From NCBI GenBank assembly GCA_950097015.1, contig CATNEN010000038.1, positions 22,630,001-22,694,000 of the forward strand: a stretch of 64,000 nucleotides of DNA, in the 5' to 3' direction. Positions 36,201 through 47,700 of the stretch are shown here, piece after piece. Position 1 is the stretch's first letter. Every line of letters begins with the position of its first letter. Below the pieces are notes generated by a model. The model was not told the DNA's origin. It worked only from the letters and a program-made list of their open reading frames with translations, and made no database searches. The position numbers and the translations under genes were made by a program. Source of the stretch: Macrostomum hystrix. Lineage: Eukaryota; Animalia; Platyhelminthes.

Positions 36201-36951
36201 ATCCGCCCCTAACCCCCTGATTGTTCAATAATCCGCCCCTAACCCCCTGATTGTTCAGTAATCCGTCCCTAACCCCCTGATTGTTCAGTAATCCGTCCCT
36301 AACCCCCTGATTGTTCAGTAATCCGCCCCTAACCTCCTGATTGTTCAATAATCCGCCCCTAACCTCCTGATTGTTCAGTAATCCGTCCCTAACCCCCTGA
36401 TTGTTCAGTAATCCGCCCCTAACCTCCTGATTGTTCAATAATCCGCCCCTAACCCCCTGATTGTTCAGTAATCCGCCCCTAACGCCCTGATTGTTCAGTA
36501 ATCCGCCCCTAACCTCCCGATTGCTCAGTAATCCGCCTCTAACCTCCTGATTGTTCAGTAATCCGCCCCTAAACTCCTAAATGTTCAGTAATCCGCCCCT
36601 AACCACTGATTGTTCAGTAATCCGCTCCTAATGCTACTCACTAAACCTTATTTTACTGAGCAGATTCTGGGCTTCGGATTCAGCCTGCTGTCGAACATCG
36701 ACTCCAACCCGGCTAATTTTGTCGGCGCTGGCATTGTGCACACCAAATCTGGCCAGATTGGCAGCTTATTTCGATTGGAGCCGAATCAGCAGGCGCAGGT
36801 GAGTCACTCATCTATTATAAGCGTTGTCATGGCAACCATTAATAATCCTATTTCGACCGTTCAAATTGTGCAGATGTACCGCCTGACAGTTCACAGCATC
36901 AAGCCTGGCGTCAGTAAGCGTCTGTGCGAACTGCTGGAGACGCAGCTCTGA
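21226..36951 (+). CDS. AP2A: AP-2 complex subunit alpha (alpha-adaptin); exons 21226-21286, 21400-21611, 22551-23006, 24890-25288, 25858-26151, 30987-31334, 31770-31953, 32024-32373, 33303-33553, 35623-35739, 35827-35896, 36664-36798, 36874-36951
   Basis: [67 protein letters not shown] start, adaptin trunk, hinge, and ear ([24 protein letters not shown]); all junctions GT-AG and in phase. Confidence 0.97.
21745..22452. repeat. 31-bp minisatellite, AP2A intron 2 (two polarised variant blocks)
   Basis: TTTGGTCAGTGTCTGATGCTTGGGAATTATC switching near 21965 to TTTGGTCAGTGTCAGGTGTTTGGAAACCATC. Confidence 0.95.
23062..24843. repeat. 23-bp minisatellite with 27-bp variants, AP2A intron 3
   Basis: GTCAGTGGATGTCAGCTAGGTGT, some units with an extra CAGC. 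Confidence 0.95.
25362..25622. repeat. 20-bp minisatellite, AP2A intron 4
   Basis: GTATGGGTTGCTATGCAACA. Confidence 0.93.
26225..26852. repeat. 26-bp minisatellite, AP2A intron 5 (left part)
   Basis: ACCGGTTGCTATGCAGCTAGTTAGGG and variants; interrupted by the hAT element. Confidence 0.93.
27315..27523. mobile_element. 209-bp hAT-type MITE nested in the hAT transposon
   Basis: Imperfect TIRs TAGAGATTGGACAGGAT / TAGAGGTAGGATTGGAT (reverse complement); 8-bp TSD GCCAAGAC / GTCAAGAC; internal GGGAT repeats. Confidence 0.72.
27548..29959 (-). CDS. hAT-family DDE transposase (803 aa)
   Basis: N-terminal C2H2/BED-like finger (CTVCKK...HAQGKKH); catalytic SIDES, STDGP, VERVFS; CSLH (CxxH) motif; hATC dimerisation region; C-terminal charged helix. 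Confidence 0.93.
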   Translation of the reverse strand: MSLSKPRATAFRHEWLQRSIDGRVLSEWLQPDRSDELLGFCTVCKKSFHLGTSGFGAVTAHAQGKKHKSRLPVMNETGIAHFFPTQGSKPSFTAMKKADAEVLMAELRLGIHFIEHNIAYNTADHSGVYPAMFHDSKIAQDMKCHRTKLCYLVNHALAPVMRDEMIQDLNSGCGLFSLSIDESSDGARKHMAVVISFVSSKKGRLCTTALKTVEVSDCSAAALKEEVLKILDEFNIPIRNCVSISTDGPAVMVGKFNGFQKIMHDFASHLVSIGPCSLHIVSNAVRRACEAFDGNVEDFADEVFSYFQTSKRWTRYNKVQSLLQVAQHRMLRRVETRWVQLLPVVNRLIEQYDSLEEFFVKNPSLIEQKTKKTKEIAEHLKSTHTLLNLQFLAAVLPHLDQFEKAFQTEEPCVHLLHGEVRNLFRQTLSFFLNPAHIQENNRHLRNLSLEGKYFLSNEAIFIGEAAKETLKKGLSDTQQKLFFLRVRTFYRELALYLQEHLPLSNPVLRSLQFLDPQYPMKVGLAAATTSLAACNLAKQMEYTPDSVSKIDSEWRCFLVDQQVVALAKDNDVVTFWLRVSALELGGQKKYGTLTRLALGALTIQPGNAAVERVFSELSDLLTKKRNKLGELSIDACLFVRHYIRQSGLVGEEPTTCENFPLTDVYVQSAGKARSVYMEFLQQQRDADKAKKDARIAAKQLEEQLAAEIEVNKKKMELEAAEKKLAAEREIIEAEKRAASAMLLEYQKKMRTLEEREAKALHDDAKLLKRKLKTQDELAAEALKKAAKMICKSLENRTMGRTSN
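30523..30925. repeat. 26-bp minisatellite, AP2A intron 5 (right part)
   Basis: Same unit as 26225-26852. Confidence 0.93.
31375..31720. repeat. 33-bp minisatellite, AP2A intron 6
   Basis: GAGAGGGTAGCAACCGAAGTTACCTAGGCTTTT. Confidence 0.92.
32560..33195. repeat. 36-bp minisatellite, AP2A intron 8
   Basis: GATTCTTAGAAGAATGGCAGATCTCTAGACTGT-type units with a 36-bp period. Confidence 0.93.
33601..35331. repeat. 20-bp minisatellite, AP2A intron 9
   Basis: A(G/C/T)ACAA(G/A/T)CTGAATGATTCAC, ~86 units. Confidence 0.96.
35920..36630. repeat. 30-bp minisatellite, AP2A intron 11
   Basis: TTGTTCAGTAATCCGCCCCTAACCCCCTGA. Confidence 0.94.
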
Positions 36952-38486
36952 TTGGCTGCAGACATTATATTGACAATTTTGTGATTGGCCCGGACGCTAT
37001 CGTCTCCCACTTGTTGCATAATCGACAGTTATTTAAATTATGCTTATCTTCTGATTAACAATGACCGATTTATATTCCGTTATGTAATCACATATTATTA
37101 AATAAAGCATAAAAAGGCTTTAATAAACAACATTTTTTGACGTCTATGCAAGTACACTTTGTTTTGCGTCCCAAAAATCGATCACAACGCCCTTGCCGTC
37201 ATCGTTAATTGTTTACTGTTAGCATGCTTCAACAGAATATGTGATATAAATAAAAGAAAAAACATTGCCGCTAGTAGCTTTTCCTGTCCTAAACTGTGCA
37301 ATCGTAATCTCTAATCTTATTGTGTACTGGGTTGCTTGATTGTTTATTTTGTACACCTTAGATTCTGATTTGATGAGTGGATTGAATTGGTCTGTTGTTT
37401 TCTATTGTTTTTGGCGCGTTATTTGTTAAACGGCTCGGAGAGTTTAGATATAATATAAAATATAATAATTTGTATCATTTTTGTTTCCATTTTTAATTCA
37501 GCACCAATTCAACCGATCGACCCACCGCCTGTTCAGTCAGTGTGCGTTTAATGGTCCTTTATATTATATTCGTTTAAGCCCGCTACGCAGCGGCGAACCC
37601 CCTAGCCAAACCCACCACCCCATTTTCTGCCCCCTAGCTGGAATGTACATTGACTAAATGTACATTAGGACTCGGCTTTTCTCGACCGTTGTTAAGATTA
37701 AGTTATGTTGATGAAGGTTTATGTTTTGCCGGTCTCGTTTGGTATATTAACAAAATAGTGTGTTAATCGCTTGGTCTTTTAATTTTGCCACTTAATAATA
37801 ATACTGTATTTACGGTGCATAATTAAAATGGTTGAATCTTTCGCTGCATTAGTTTATTTAGATTAGATTAGATAATTTTTAAGGAACTTCTTTTTCTGTT
37901 TGCGTTACTCCAGTTCCTACCCGAATTCTGTTAAGCCACCAATTTTTTAGGTGGGTACACTCCATGTTTCTCTCTTCTCCACTTGTTAACAGTTAATCCT
38001 ATTTTTATATTAAAATTCTGTGTCGGTGGTCGTAACTGTCGAAGCGGCTTATTAAACTCATCGTATAGCAATCGATAAAGTATATTTTCTTCACCAGAAT
38101 TTCTCTCACCTATATTCTTTAACTATTGCTAAGTCCATCGTGTTATTTATATTTCTTTTCTACTTTGTGTAGCCATACTAATAATTATTTTATTTATTAA
38201 AATGTTATTCGCCTTTTGTTCTCGCCTAAGAATTCCGATAGGATTGCTAGTTAATAGTTCTTAGTCTGCGTCTGATTAATCTAAAAAAATTGATTTGTTA
38301 GCCAATAATCTTTGCAAATAAAGAGTCGACGTCTAAAGTTTGATTTTTGTTAGTTATTAACGACGAAAATGTAGTAATCGCTTTTTGACATTGCTTTTTA
38401 TCAATTTATGCTGGGTTGAACCAATTATACGCTCAATTCGGATGGAACACTTGTATACCTAAATTACAAATATATATACATAAAAC

Positions 38487-39103
38487 GGTAACCGGTCGTT
38501 TCGGCCATAGCCGTTTCGGCCCCAAACCGTTTCGGCCACAAACCAGTTCGGCCCCAAACATGTACGCAAAAGCCCACATTTGCGTACATGCATATATGTC
38601 ATGCCACCTCTCAGCCCCATGGAAAATTATTTTGCTGTATATCTAATTGTAAAATTAAGCAGTTATTTTATGCGCGACGGATAGCTAAATGCACAGGCAT
38701 TGAATTGTTGATTCTCATCGAATGACGAAAGATAACTTACAGACGTACAGCCCTTTAGGCTTCAACTCATTTTAAGGACTGCTTAAATGTACTGAAAATT
38801 ACGGACAGAACTCTTTATGCTCCATTGACTACTTCAGTAGTCCATGTAGCATTATTATGCTCATACCCCTGTGTTGTAAATATTGTATAAGTTGAATTCG
38901 TGCCGTAGCGTCGTTGTTTAGAAAGTTAACAAAACTGAAAAAGTTGTGCCAAAAGAAGTTCCTTGACAAACAAACAATACAATAAAGCCGCTTAATAAGT
39001 ATGTGGGCCGAAACGGCTTTTGGCCGAAACGGCTATGGCCGAAACGGCTTTTGGCCGAAACGGCTATGGCCGAAACTGCGTATGGCCGAAACGACCGCAA
39101 TTC
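38487..39103. mobile_element. MITE with GTTTCGGCC subterminal repeats
   Basis: Inverted ends CGGTCGTTTCGGCCATA; tandem GGCCGAAACGG motifs; 8-bp TSD CATAAAAC (38479-38486, 39104-39111). Confidence 0.83.
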
Positions 39104-41738
39104 CATAAAACCCGTTAGTATAGGCCAGGCATTACGGTACAATTCAAATAATTTCATGGAGTAAGTGTCGAAACTAAAAAATGTGATAAAACACATTCAT
39201 TTTTTAATATTTTTCTTTTTAAGCCTTGCTCAGATTTTCGCTCAAAACAAAAATAATAAATACAAAAATAGTGTAATAAAACAAAAAGAAACAAAGGATC
39301 TTCTATTGCTTTTATAATCTTTCTAAATATCTTAAAACGTAAAAGTTTATTCTGTATATTTTTTAATCTAAAACAATAGATCCTAGGAAATTGTCTGAAA
39401 CTGGTTTATCGCTGAATAAACAGTGAAAAGTAGCAGAGTTTGGGAAAATAGGTAGGCTAACAGAGAAATTAAAGTTATTTTTACGAAAGATTTATATGTG
39501 AGTTTCTAGTAATCGATAAAAAGGCGTCCAAAACAAACAAAAAGTACACGAGTTTCTAACTAATTAGTTAATAATAGCGTTTACAGTAAACACGAGGCAA
39601 AAATTCAAACTACTAATTAACATAAGCGGGAAAGTAAAACTATTAGCTAATTTGCACAAGTTAAATATAATTATTTTTTATTTTAAGAGACAACTAACAA
39701 ACAAAATCCACCGAACGTGTCGAATCAAAAAAAGTTAAAAAACCTTAAATAACAAGAGTAAACTGGGATTTCTAGTTATAAAATTAATTTTATAAATATT
39801 TTAACGCTTTTAGATTAACAGAGACGAAAAGAAGGAAAGGGGAAAAGATTATAAGTGAGAAAGTGAAATGCAGAAGGCGAAATGATCAGCAACACTAATG
39901 GTAGTCTGTCAATAAATTTTATTGAATATGGAAATGGACGACATGATATGATACCCGACATTTTTTAAATGCACGAGTGAGATAACTATAGGACAGAGGC
40001 ATAGAGTTAAAAAGCAGAATATATAATAGGAATCATAAAAAACACTGAGTTTTGTTAGAGCATGTATGAAATGACAGACTGAAAATAAGCCATTATAATG
40101 ATTTTGTTTTTTGAAGGTTTTGCTAAGACTAGCCAATTAAGATTTTGGGGCCGACTTTGTAGAAAAACTTTACTTAAATCCCTATATATATCCTTATATA
40201 CACAGATATTAGGGGTGTCTAATAACTTTTTAGACGCACTAAGGTAATAATATCTTAATATAGGTACCAATACCGTTCGATCATTATGACAATTAGTAGA
40301 AGATAGAAACGAAAATATAGAATTAGAAATTTGTCACCTGAAATAATATAGCGTAAAAATTCAAAATGAGATAAAAACTAAAATGGCGTAAAATTTTCCG
40401 TCAAAAATGGAGTAAAAAAATAATTTGTCATCTAATTTTTTGCACCTCGATCTGTGTCACGATTGCAACCTAAAGCACGTTCTTTGGTTTTGTTTTCTGT
40501 TTGAAAAAATGAAGTATAAAATTCTAACAGAACAAAAAAGCAAAAATTATTGTTCTAAAAAATATTGAATCATGGGAAACAGTAAAAAAACCCTGTCAAT
40601 GCATTTAATATAAAATGAACTATGTTCTAATGTGAGAGAGGAAAAATTATAAAAAAAGAAAATAGTCACAGCTATTATCATATTCTCACAAAAATTTTAC
40701 AATATAGTAATTAAATTACTGGAATACCGAACAAAAAATAAACAGCTTGCATAAAGACGGAGAAAACCAATGTCGTTATGTCAGCCAAAAGTATAGTGCT
40801 GATTTATATATACAATAGTAAACATTATCTGCTAAGTCATATCAGTGTTTATCACTGTTTTTCTAGAAAAACCTATAGTTTATATACCTAAAGATAGTTG
40901 TAGCATAGTACATTAATAACAAAATATTTTGGAGATGATAATTAAAAACGAGTCTATATACTTGCATTATATATTCAAAAAGAAAACAATCAATAATTAT
41001 GAGCATAATAAGTCTTCAGTCTAGAGAATTATAAACTATTTAAACTGCCACTCCTAATATTATAAAATGTCTAATATGATTTAGTGTATATGACACAGCG
41101 ATAATGCTATTTTTAATTTTTTTTACAGAAACAATTAACTAAACACAAGTGAACCCAACCCAAACCCGATGGTAACTGATCTCTGCCAATTAGAATCTGA
41201 TTTCGAAGAAGGAATATTTATACCCTTTTCAGTGAGCAATGAATATTTTTATAAATATGTTAGGCAGTCTAAAACGATACGCAAATGTCTTCAAAGTTTC
41301 ACTGCAACCGACTAAGATTTACAATTGCTAAATATAAACACACAAAAGCACAAAAAAACGCGTTCGCAAAGCAAAATTAAAAAGATCTACGGAAAAACTA
41401 TAGAAACATTCTGTATGAACTGTGAAAAGGCTAATATATAGCATAAACATATAAACACATAACATATACAATGGTGAGAACTTAATCGCGAAGTTATTTA
41501 GCGAAAATTACTACTGTTATGAGCGCTATAAGAAAAATATAAGCACGAATAAACGCTTTCAAAAAAACTGAAAAAACACTATTAGTCATGCCATGCCAGC
41601 GATGGTTTGACATTTTTTTAACCTGCCGATCTCTTTGCGGGTTTAAACTAGATTAAATAAACTCCACACTTAGTTTAAAATTGCACGCCAATGAAACGGC
41701 TTCGGCTTCGGATAGATTGATAGTTTTCGGGTTCAAAT

Positions 41739-44700
41739 TCAGCGCTGCTCTGGGTCTGTCGTCAGATTAGTCGCTTGCAGAGGGCAAGATTCACTTGACT
41801 GCTCACCTGATTCCGGCTCTGGCTCCGGCTGTTGAGTCTGCTCAGTCTGAGCAGCAAGTTCCTTCATCTGTAGCGAGTCTCGACTAAAGGCAAACCGGTT
41901 GTTGACGCTGTTATTTAGGCTGGCGCTCTCGCTGGCGCCCGGATTCGGTGTCACATCGCCGGACAGCTCCTCGACTGTGGACAGAGCGGCACTGAAGCCT
42001 AGACTGTCAACGCTGCCGCTAAGGTTGATGCCACCAACTCCACGCGGCGGACTGGAGTCCTCCTGGTTGAGCTGGGGAAAGGCGCATGGGTTTCAAATTT
42101 AGGGTGCTGTCCCCGTAACATGCCCAGTCGTTCAGAGTTCTGTCCCTTTTTAACACCTCCAGTCATTCAGTGTTCTGTCCCTTTTTAACACCTCCAGTCA
42201 TTCAGTGTTCTGTCCCTTTTTAACACCTCCAGTCATTCAGTGTTCTGTCCCTTTTTAACACCTCCAGTCATTCAGAGTTCTGTCCCTTTTTAACACCTCC
42301 AGTCATTCAGTGTTCTGTCCCTTTTTAACACCTCCAGTCATTCAGTGTTCTGCCCCTTTTTAACACCTCCAGTCATTCAGAGTTCTGTCCCTTTTTAACA
42401 CCTCCAGTCATTCAGTGTTCTGTCCCTTTTTAACACCTCCAGTCATTCAGTGTTCTGCCCCTTTTTAACACCTCCAGTCATTCAGAGTTCTGTCCCTTTT
42501 TAACACCTCCAGTCATTCAGTGTTCTGTCCCTTTTTAACACCTCCAGTCATTCAGAGTTCTGTCCCTTTTTAACACCTCCAGTCATTCAGAGTTCTGTCC
42601 CTTTTTAACACCTCCAGTCATTCAGAGTTCTGTCCCTTTTTAACACCTCCAGTCATTCAGAGTTCTGTCCCTTTTTAACACCTCCAGTCATTCAGAGTTC
42701 TGTCCCTTTTTAACACCTCCAGTCATTCAGTGTTCTGCCCCTTTTTAACACCTCCAGTCATTCAGAGTTCTGTCCCTTTTTAACACCTCCAGTCATTCAG
42801 TGTTCTGTCCCTTTTTAACACCTCCAGTCATTCAGTATGCAGCTGTCATTTTTTAACACCTCCAGCTACACACAACTCTCCGATGTTCTAAAATTCAGTT
42901 TCTAAAAATAAAAACAACCCAGGACACTCACAACGCTGCCCGCATGTTTCAAATGTCAGGCTTAAAAATAGAAACTAAAAAGGCGACTCACTACGCATGC
43001 ATGTCTATTTCTCAACTTCTAATATATAAAAGTTAGAGTTACGAAGAAAATCCTAACTTAAAGTTGCAAAATTTCAAAGCAATTCTATAAATTGCCATGC
43101 TTATTTAAAATTTAGATTAACTTAAAGAAAAATTAAACAGTGAAAATATCTAAGGACTATAGCTGGCTATATGAAGCTTATAAGAAACTATGATTGAGTT
43201 AGGGTGGTAAGTGGCAGAGCGGTCTAACAAGTGTTTCTGCTCGCACAAAGATCCCAGAGCTCGATTCCGCGGCGAGGCCCAAACTCTGATGAAACTCGGA
43301 CTGACGATGAGAAAGTCATGACAGATGTACACACCTACGAGAGTGTGTGCCAACGCACGTTATCTGTGTGCGTGTGGGCTTAGGTCACAACTGATGTACT
43401 TTAAGGTCACCTCTGATGTACTTTAAGGTCACAACTGATGTACTTTAAGGTCATCAATGATGTACTTTAAGGTCATCAATGATGTTCTTTAAGGTCATCA
43501 ATGATGTACTTTAAGGTCATCAATGATGTACTTTAAGGTCACCACTGATGTACTTTAAGGTCACTGCTGATGTACTTTAAGTTCACTATCATTACTGATG
43601 TTATCTGAGATCACCTCTCATCTAAGGTCATCTGAGGTCAGCAGAAACATCGACTTGATCCTCACCTGCTGCTGGACAGTCTGCAGTTGGCGGTGCAATT
43701 TCAGTTTCAACTCTTCCAGCTCCTCGGCTGTGCATCGGCGCAAGTCACGCGACTGCGAATGCTGCTCGGCCAGGGCTGAGATGTCGCGCAGCTGAGACCG
43801 GACAGCCTCCAGCTGCCTGTGGGCTTCGTCCCGCTCTCTCTGGGCGCGCTGCATGGCTTCGCGCATGCGCCTGGCCTCGTCCTGGGCCCGGTTGACCTCC
43901 TGCTGATAGTGCAGCCGCTCCAAGTCGACGCCCGGATTGGCGAACGGACTGTTGCACATCAGGATCGGGCTCTGGGCGTAGGTCGACGAAGCCGGCGAGG
44001 ATCTGTCGCCGCCACTGTTTACTCGACGACGACCAACGGCAACGCCAGACTGCTGAGTAGGAGTTAAAGGTCAGGAGTTCGAATCTCAGTTTATGATGTT
44101 TAGAATCCCAATTTCTAGAATCCTAAGTTCTCAAATTATCATTTTCTAGGATCCGAAATTCTGGATTGCACTATTATATGGATTCCTCTGGGATTTATAA
44201 GATCCCATAAGATGCCCGACTGTCGCTCACCTCGAAAATCCCCTGAAACGGCAGCGAGCCAGCGGCGGCCCCGCCGGCTTCGCCCTCGCCGAAAGCCGCC
44301 CCGCTCTGATTGGCCGGCGTGTAGGTCATCGGATGAAAGCTGGACGGACTGTAGGGACTGCTAGCGCCCGGAATGCCCATCGGACCGCTGGTTGAAGTCA
44401 GGACTGTCAGCGGGCTGAACGAGTCGCTGCCCTGCGAGGAGCTGGCCCCGGCACCAGCGCCGCCGATAGCGCCGAAGGCTGAGCCGATGCCGCCGACAGT
44501 GTCGGACTGTGACAGGTCAAGGTCGTCCAGATCCGGTGGAGGCATCGGAGGCGAACGCGACCGCGCAGCAGCTGCGGCTCCGGCTGCAGCGGCGGCGGCG
44601 GCAGCGGCCGCTGCGGCGGCGACGGCGGCGGCGGCAGCGTTCGTAGTCAGCGGCAATCTAAAGTTATAAAGGCCACCGACTGGACTATCGCCCCGGTGCA

Positions 44701-47700
44701 TGCTGCCAAGGCCTGACTCAGCAGATGCGATGCTGGCGCCGCTGTAGGTCCGACCTGCAAGGACAGAGTGGTTTCAGATCCCAGATCTCAGATCCCAGAT
44801 CTCAGATCCCAGATCTCAGATCCCAGATCTCAGATCCCAGATCTCAGATCCCAGATCTCAGATCCCAGATCTCAGATCCCAGATCTCAGATCCCAGATCT
44901 CAGATCCCAGATCTCAGATCCCAGATCTCAGATCCCAGATCTCAGATCCCAGATCTCAGATCCCAGATCTCAGATCCCAGATCTCAGATCCCAGATCTCA
45001 GATCCCAGATCTCAGATCCCAGATCTCAGATCCCAGATCTCAGATCCCAGATCTCAGATCCCAGATCTCAGATCCCAGATCTCAGATCCCAGATCTCAGA
45101 TCCCAGATCTCAGATCCCAGATCTCAGATCCCAGATCTCAGATCCCAGATCTCAGATCCCAGATCTCAGATCCCAGATCTCAGATCCCAGATCTCAGATC
45201 CCAGATCTCAGATCCCAGATCTCAGATCCCAGATCTCAGATCCCAGATCTCAGATCCCAGATCTCAGATCCCAGATCTCAGATCCCAGATCTCAGATCCC
45301 AGATCTCAGATCCCAGATCTCAGATCCCAGATCTCAGATCCCAGATCTCAGATCCCAGATCTCAGATCCCAGATCTCAGATCCCAGATCTCAGATCCCAG
45401 ATCTCAGATCCCAGATCTCAGATCCCAGATCTCAGATCCCAGATCTCAGATCCCAGATCTCAGATCCCAGATCTCAGATCCCAGATCCCAGATCTCAGAT
45501 CTCAATATCTACCTTTGCCAGCCGCACTACCAGGCGACAGGTGCATCTGCAGGAGCTGGTGCTGCAGCGCACTGCTGGAGGTGTTTGGCGGACTGGCAGC
45601 GCCAGTATCCCAGCCGGTACCAATGAGTCTGGCGAGAGTCAGCGGCGACAAGCTGCCGAGCTGTGGCAGCTGCTGCTGTAAGCTGGCAGCCGCGTTGCCC
45701 CTTGCCAAACCGGCATGCAGCTCCGACATCTCCTGGATGAAGTTGCGCCCGAAGTTCATTTCGCCTTCCTCGTGAGCGAAGGCGCAGAAGGCTCCTCTGG
45801 GACAATAGTTCTGCTGCACTACGTCATTGCATTTCGTAGATTTGTAGATCTGGAGTTTGGAGGGAGAGGGACTGCGGATTGTATCTACTGCCTCATCTAC
45901 CTGTCTACCTTTGTATCCACGTGTCGACTTCCTGATCTACGTGTCTACTTCCTGATCTACGTGTCTACTTTCTGATCTACGTGTCTACTTTCTGATCTAC
46001 GTGTCTACTTTCTGATCTACGTGTCTACTTCCTGATCTACGTGTCTACTTCCTGATCTACGTGTCTACTTCCTGATCTACGTGTCTACTTCCTGATCTAC
46101 CTGTCTACCTTTGTATCTACGTGTCTACTTCTTGATCTACCTGTCTACCTTTGTATCTACGTGTCTACTTCCTGATCTACGTGTCTACTTCCTAATCTAC
46201 GTGTCTACTTCTCTATCTACGTGCCTACTTCAAAATCTCTTTGTCTACTTTCTTATCCACTTTCGATTTCCTAAGCTCAGTTTCTACTTTCCAATGACGA
46301 TTTCCTCTCTCCTCGCGGTAAATAATAGTCCTAAAAGTTCGGTAATAGCAAAATGCTCAACTCAAAATAACCTTCTGCTTGCGTCAATTCGTTTGAGGGA
46401 GAAATTTTACTAGTCAATTTGAGAGCGGAAAAGTTTTTGAGGAAGACAGAATTGAGAACAGACATGAGTAAGGCGAGGAAGAGGAATGGAGAGGGAGGGA
46501 ACGAGGCGAGAGGGAAGGGTGAGGGAAGGGCGGTTAGATACTCAACAAAGTGGACTCATGTTGTACCTACCTACTGAGTACATTCAAAGCAATTGAGTCT
46601 GCTGTTAAAGCTTTGGAATTGCTCTTGTTTGGTCGGGACAGAAAACACAGATTCGAGTAAGATTTTGGGACACAGGCAGTACTGCACGCGAAAATATTCC
46701 TTCCCATAACTAGAGCCTCAGGTTTTCCCATTCGCGTTTCTCGAACATCTTATTTCAGCTGTCTCATGTCTCCCGTGTCTCATGGCTCTCATGTCTTATG
46801 TCTCCCGTGTCTCATGGCTCCTATGTCTTATGTCTCCCGTGTCTCATTGCTCCCATGTCTCATGTCTCCCGTGTCTCATCTCTCCCATGTCTTATGTCTC
46901 CCGTGTCTCATGGCTCCTATGTCTTATGTCTCCCGTGTCACATCTCTACCGTGTCTCATCTCTACCGTGTCACATCTCTACCGTGTCACATCTCTCCCGT
47001 GTCACATCTCTACCGTGTCGCATCTCTACCGTGTCTCATCTCTACCGTGTCACATCTCTCCCGTGTCACATCTCTACCGTGTCACATCTCTACCGTGTCT
47101 CATCTCTACCGTGTCACATCTCTCCCGTGTCACATCTCTACCGTGTCTCATCTCTACCGTGTCTCATCTCTACCGTGTCACATCTCTACCGTGTCACATC
47201 TCTCCCGTGTCACATCTCTACCGTGTCTCATCTCTCCCGTGTCACATCTCTACCGTGTCACATCTCTACCGTGTCTCATCTCTACCGTGTCACATCTCTA
47301 CCGTGTCACATCTCTCCCGTGTCACATCTCTACCGTGTCGCATCTCTACCGTGTCTCATCTCTCCCGTGTCTCATCTCTCCCGTGTCACATCTCTCCCGT
47401 GTCACATCTCTCCCGTGTCACATCTCTCCCGTGTCTCATCTCTCCCGTGTCACATCTCTCCCGTGTCACATCTCTACCGTGTCACATCTCTCCCGTGTCA
47501 TCTCTACTGTGTCTCATCTATCTCAATTTTTTAAGTCATTGATGTTTTTTATGTCTAAATTGTGTAGTAAGCAACACGCAAGCAAGTTTAAATAGTAGAA
47601 GATGAATTCAGACATAAAATACTAGCCATAATAAACCTACTAAAACAGACTTCGCGAGCAGAAAAACAGAGCTAATTAAAACCACAATAGTACGGTCAGT

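Noticed and set aside
35920-36630. Interstitial telomere
   Set aside because: Only one CCCTAA per 30-bp unit, not tandem hexamers.
43285-43325. CTGATGA...GAAA hammerhead-like core in the SINE B copy
   Set aside because: Stem II cannot close directly between CUGAUGA and GAAA, and there are no convincing stems I and III.
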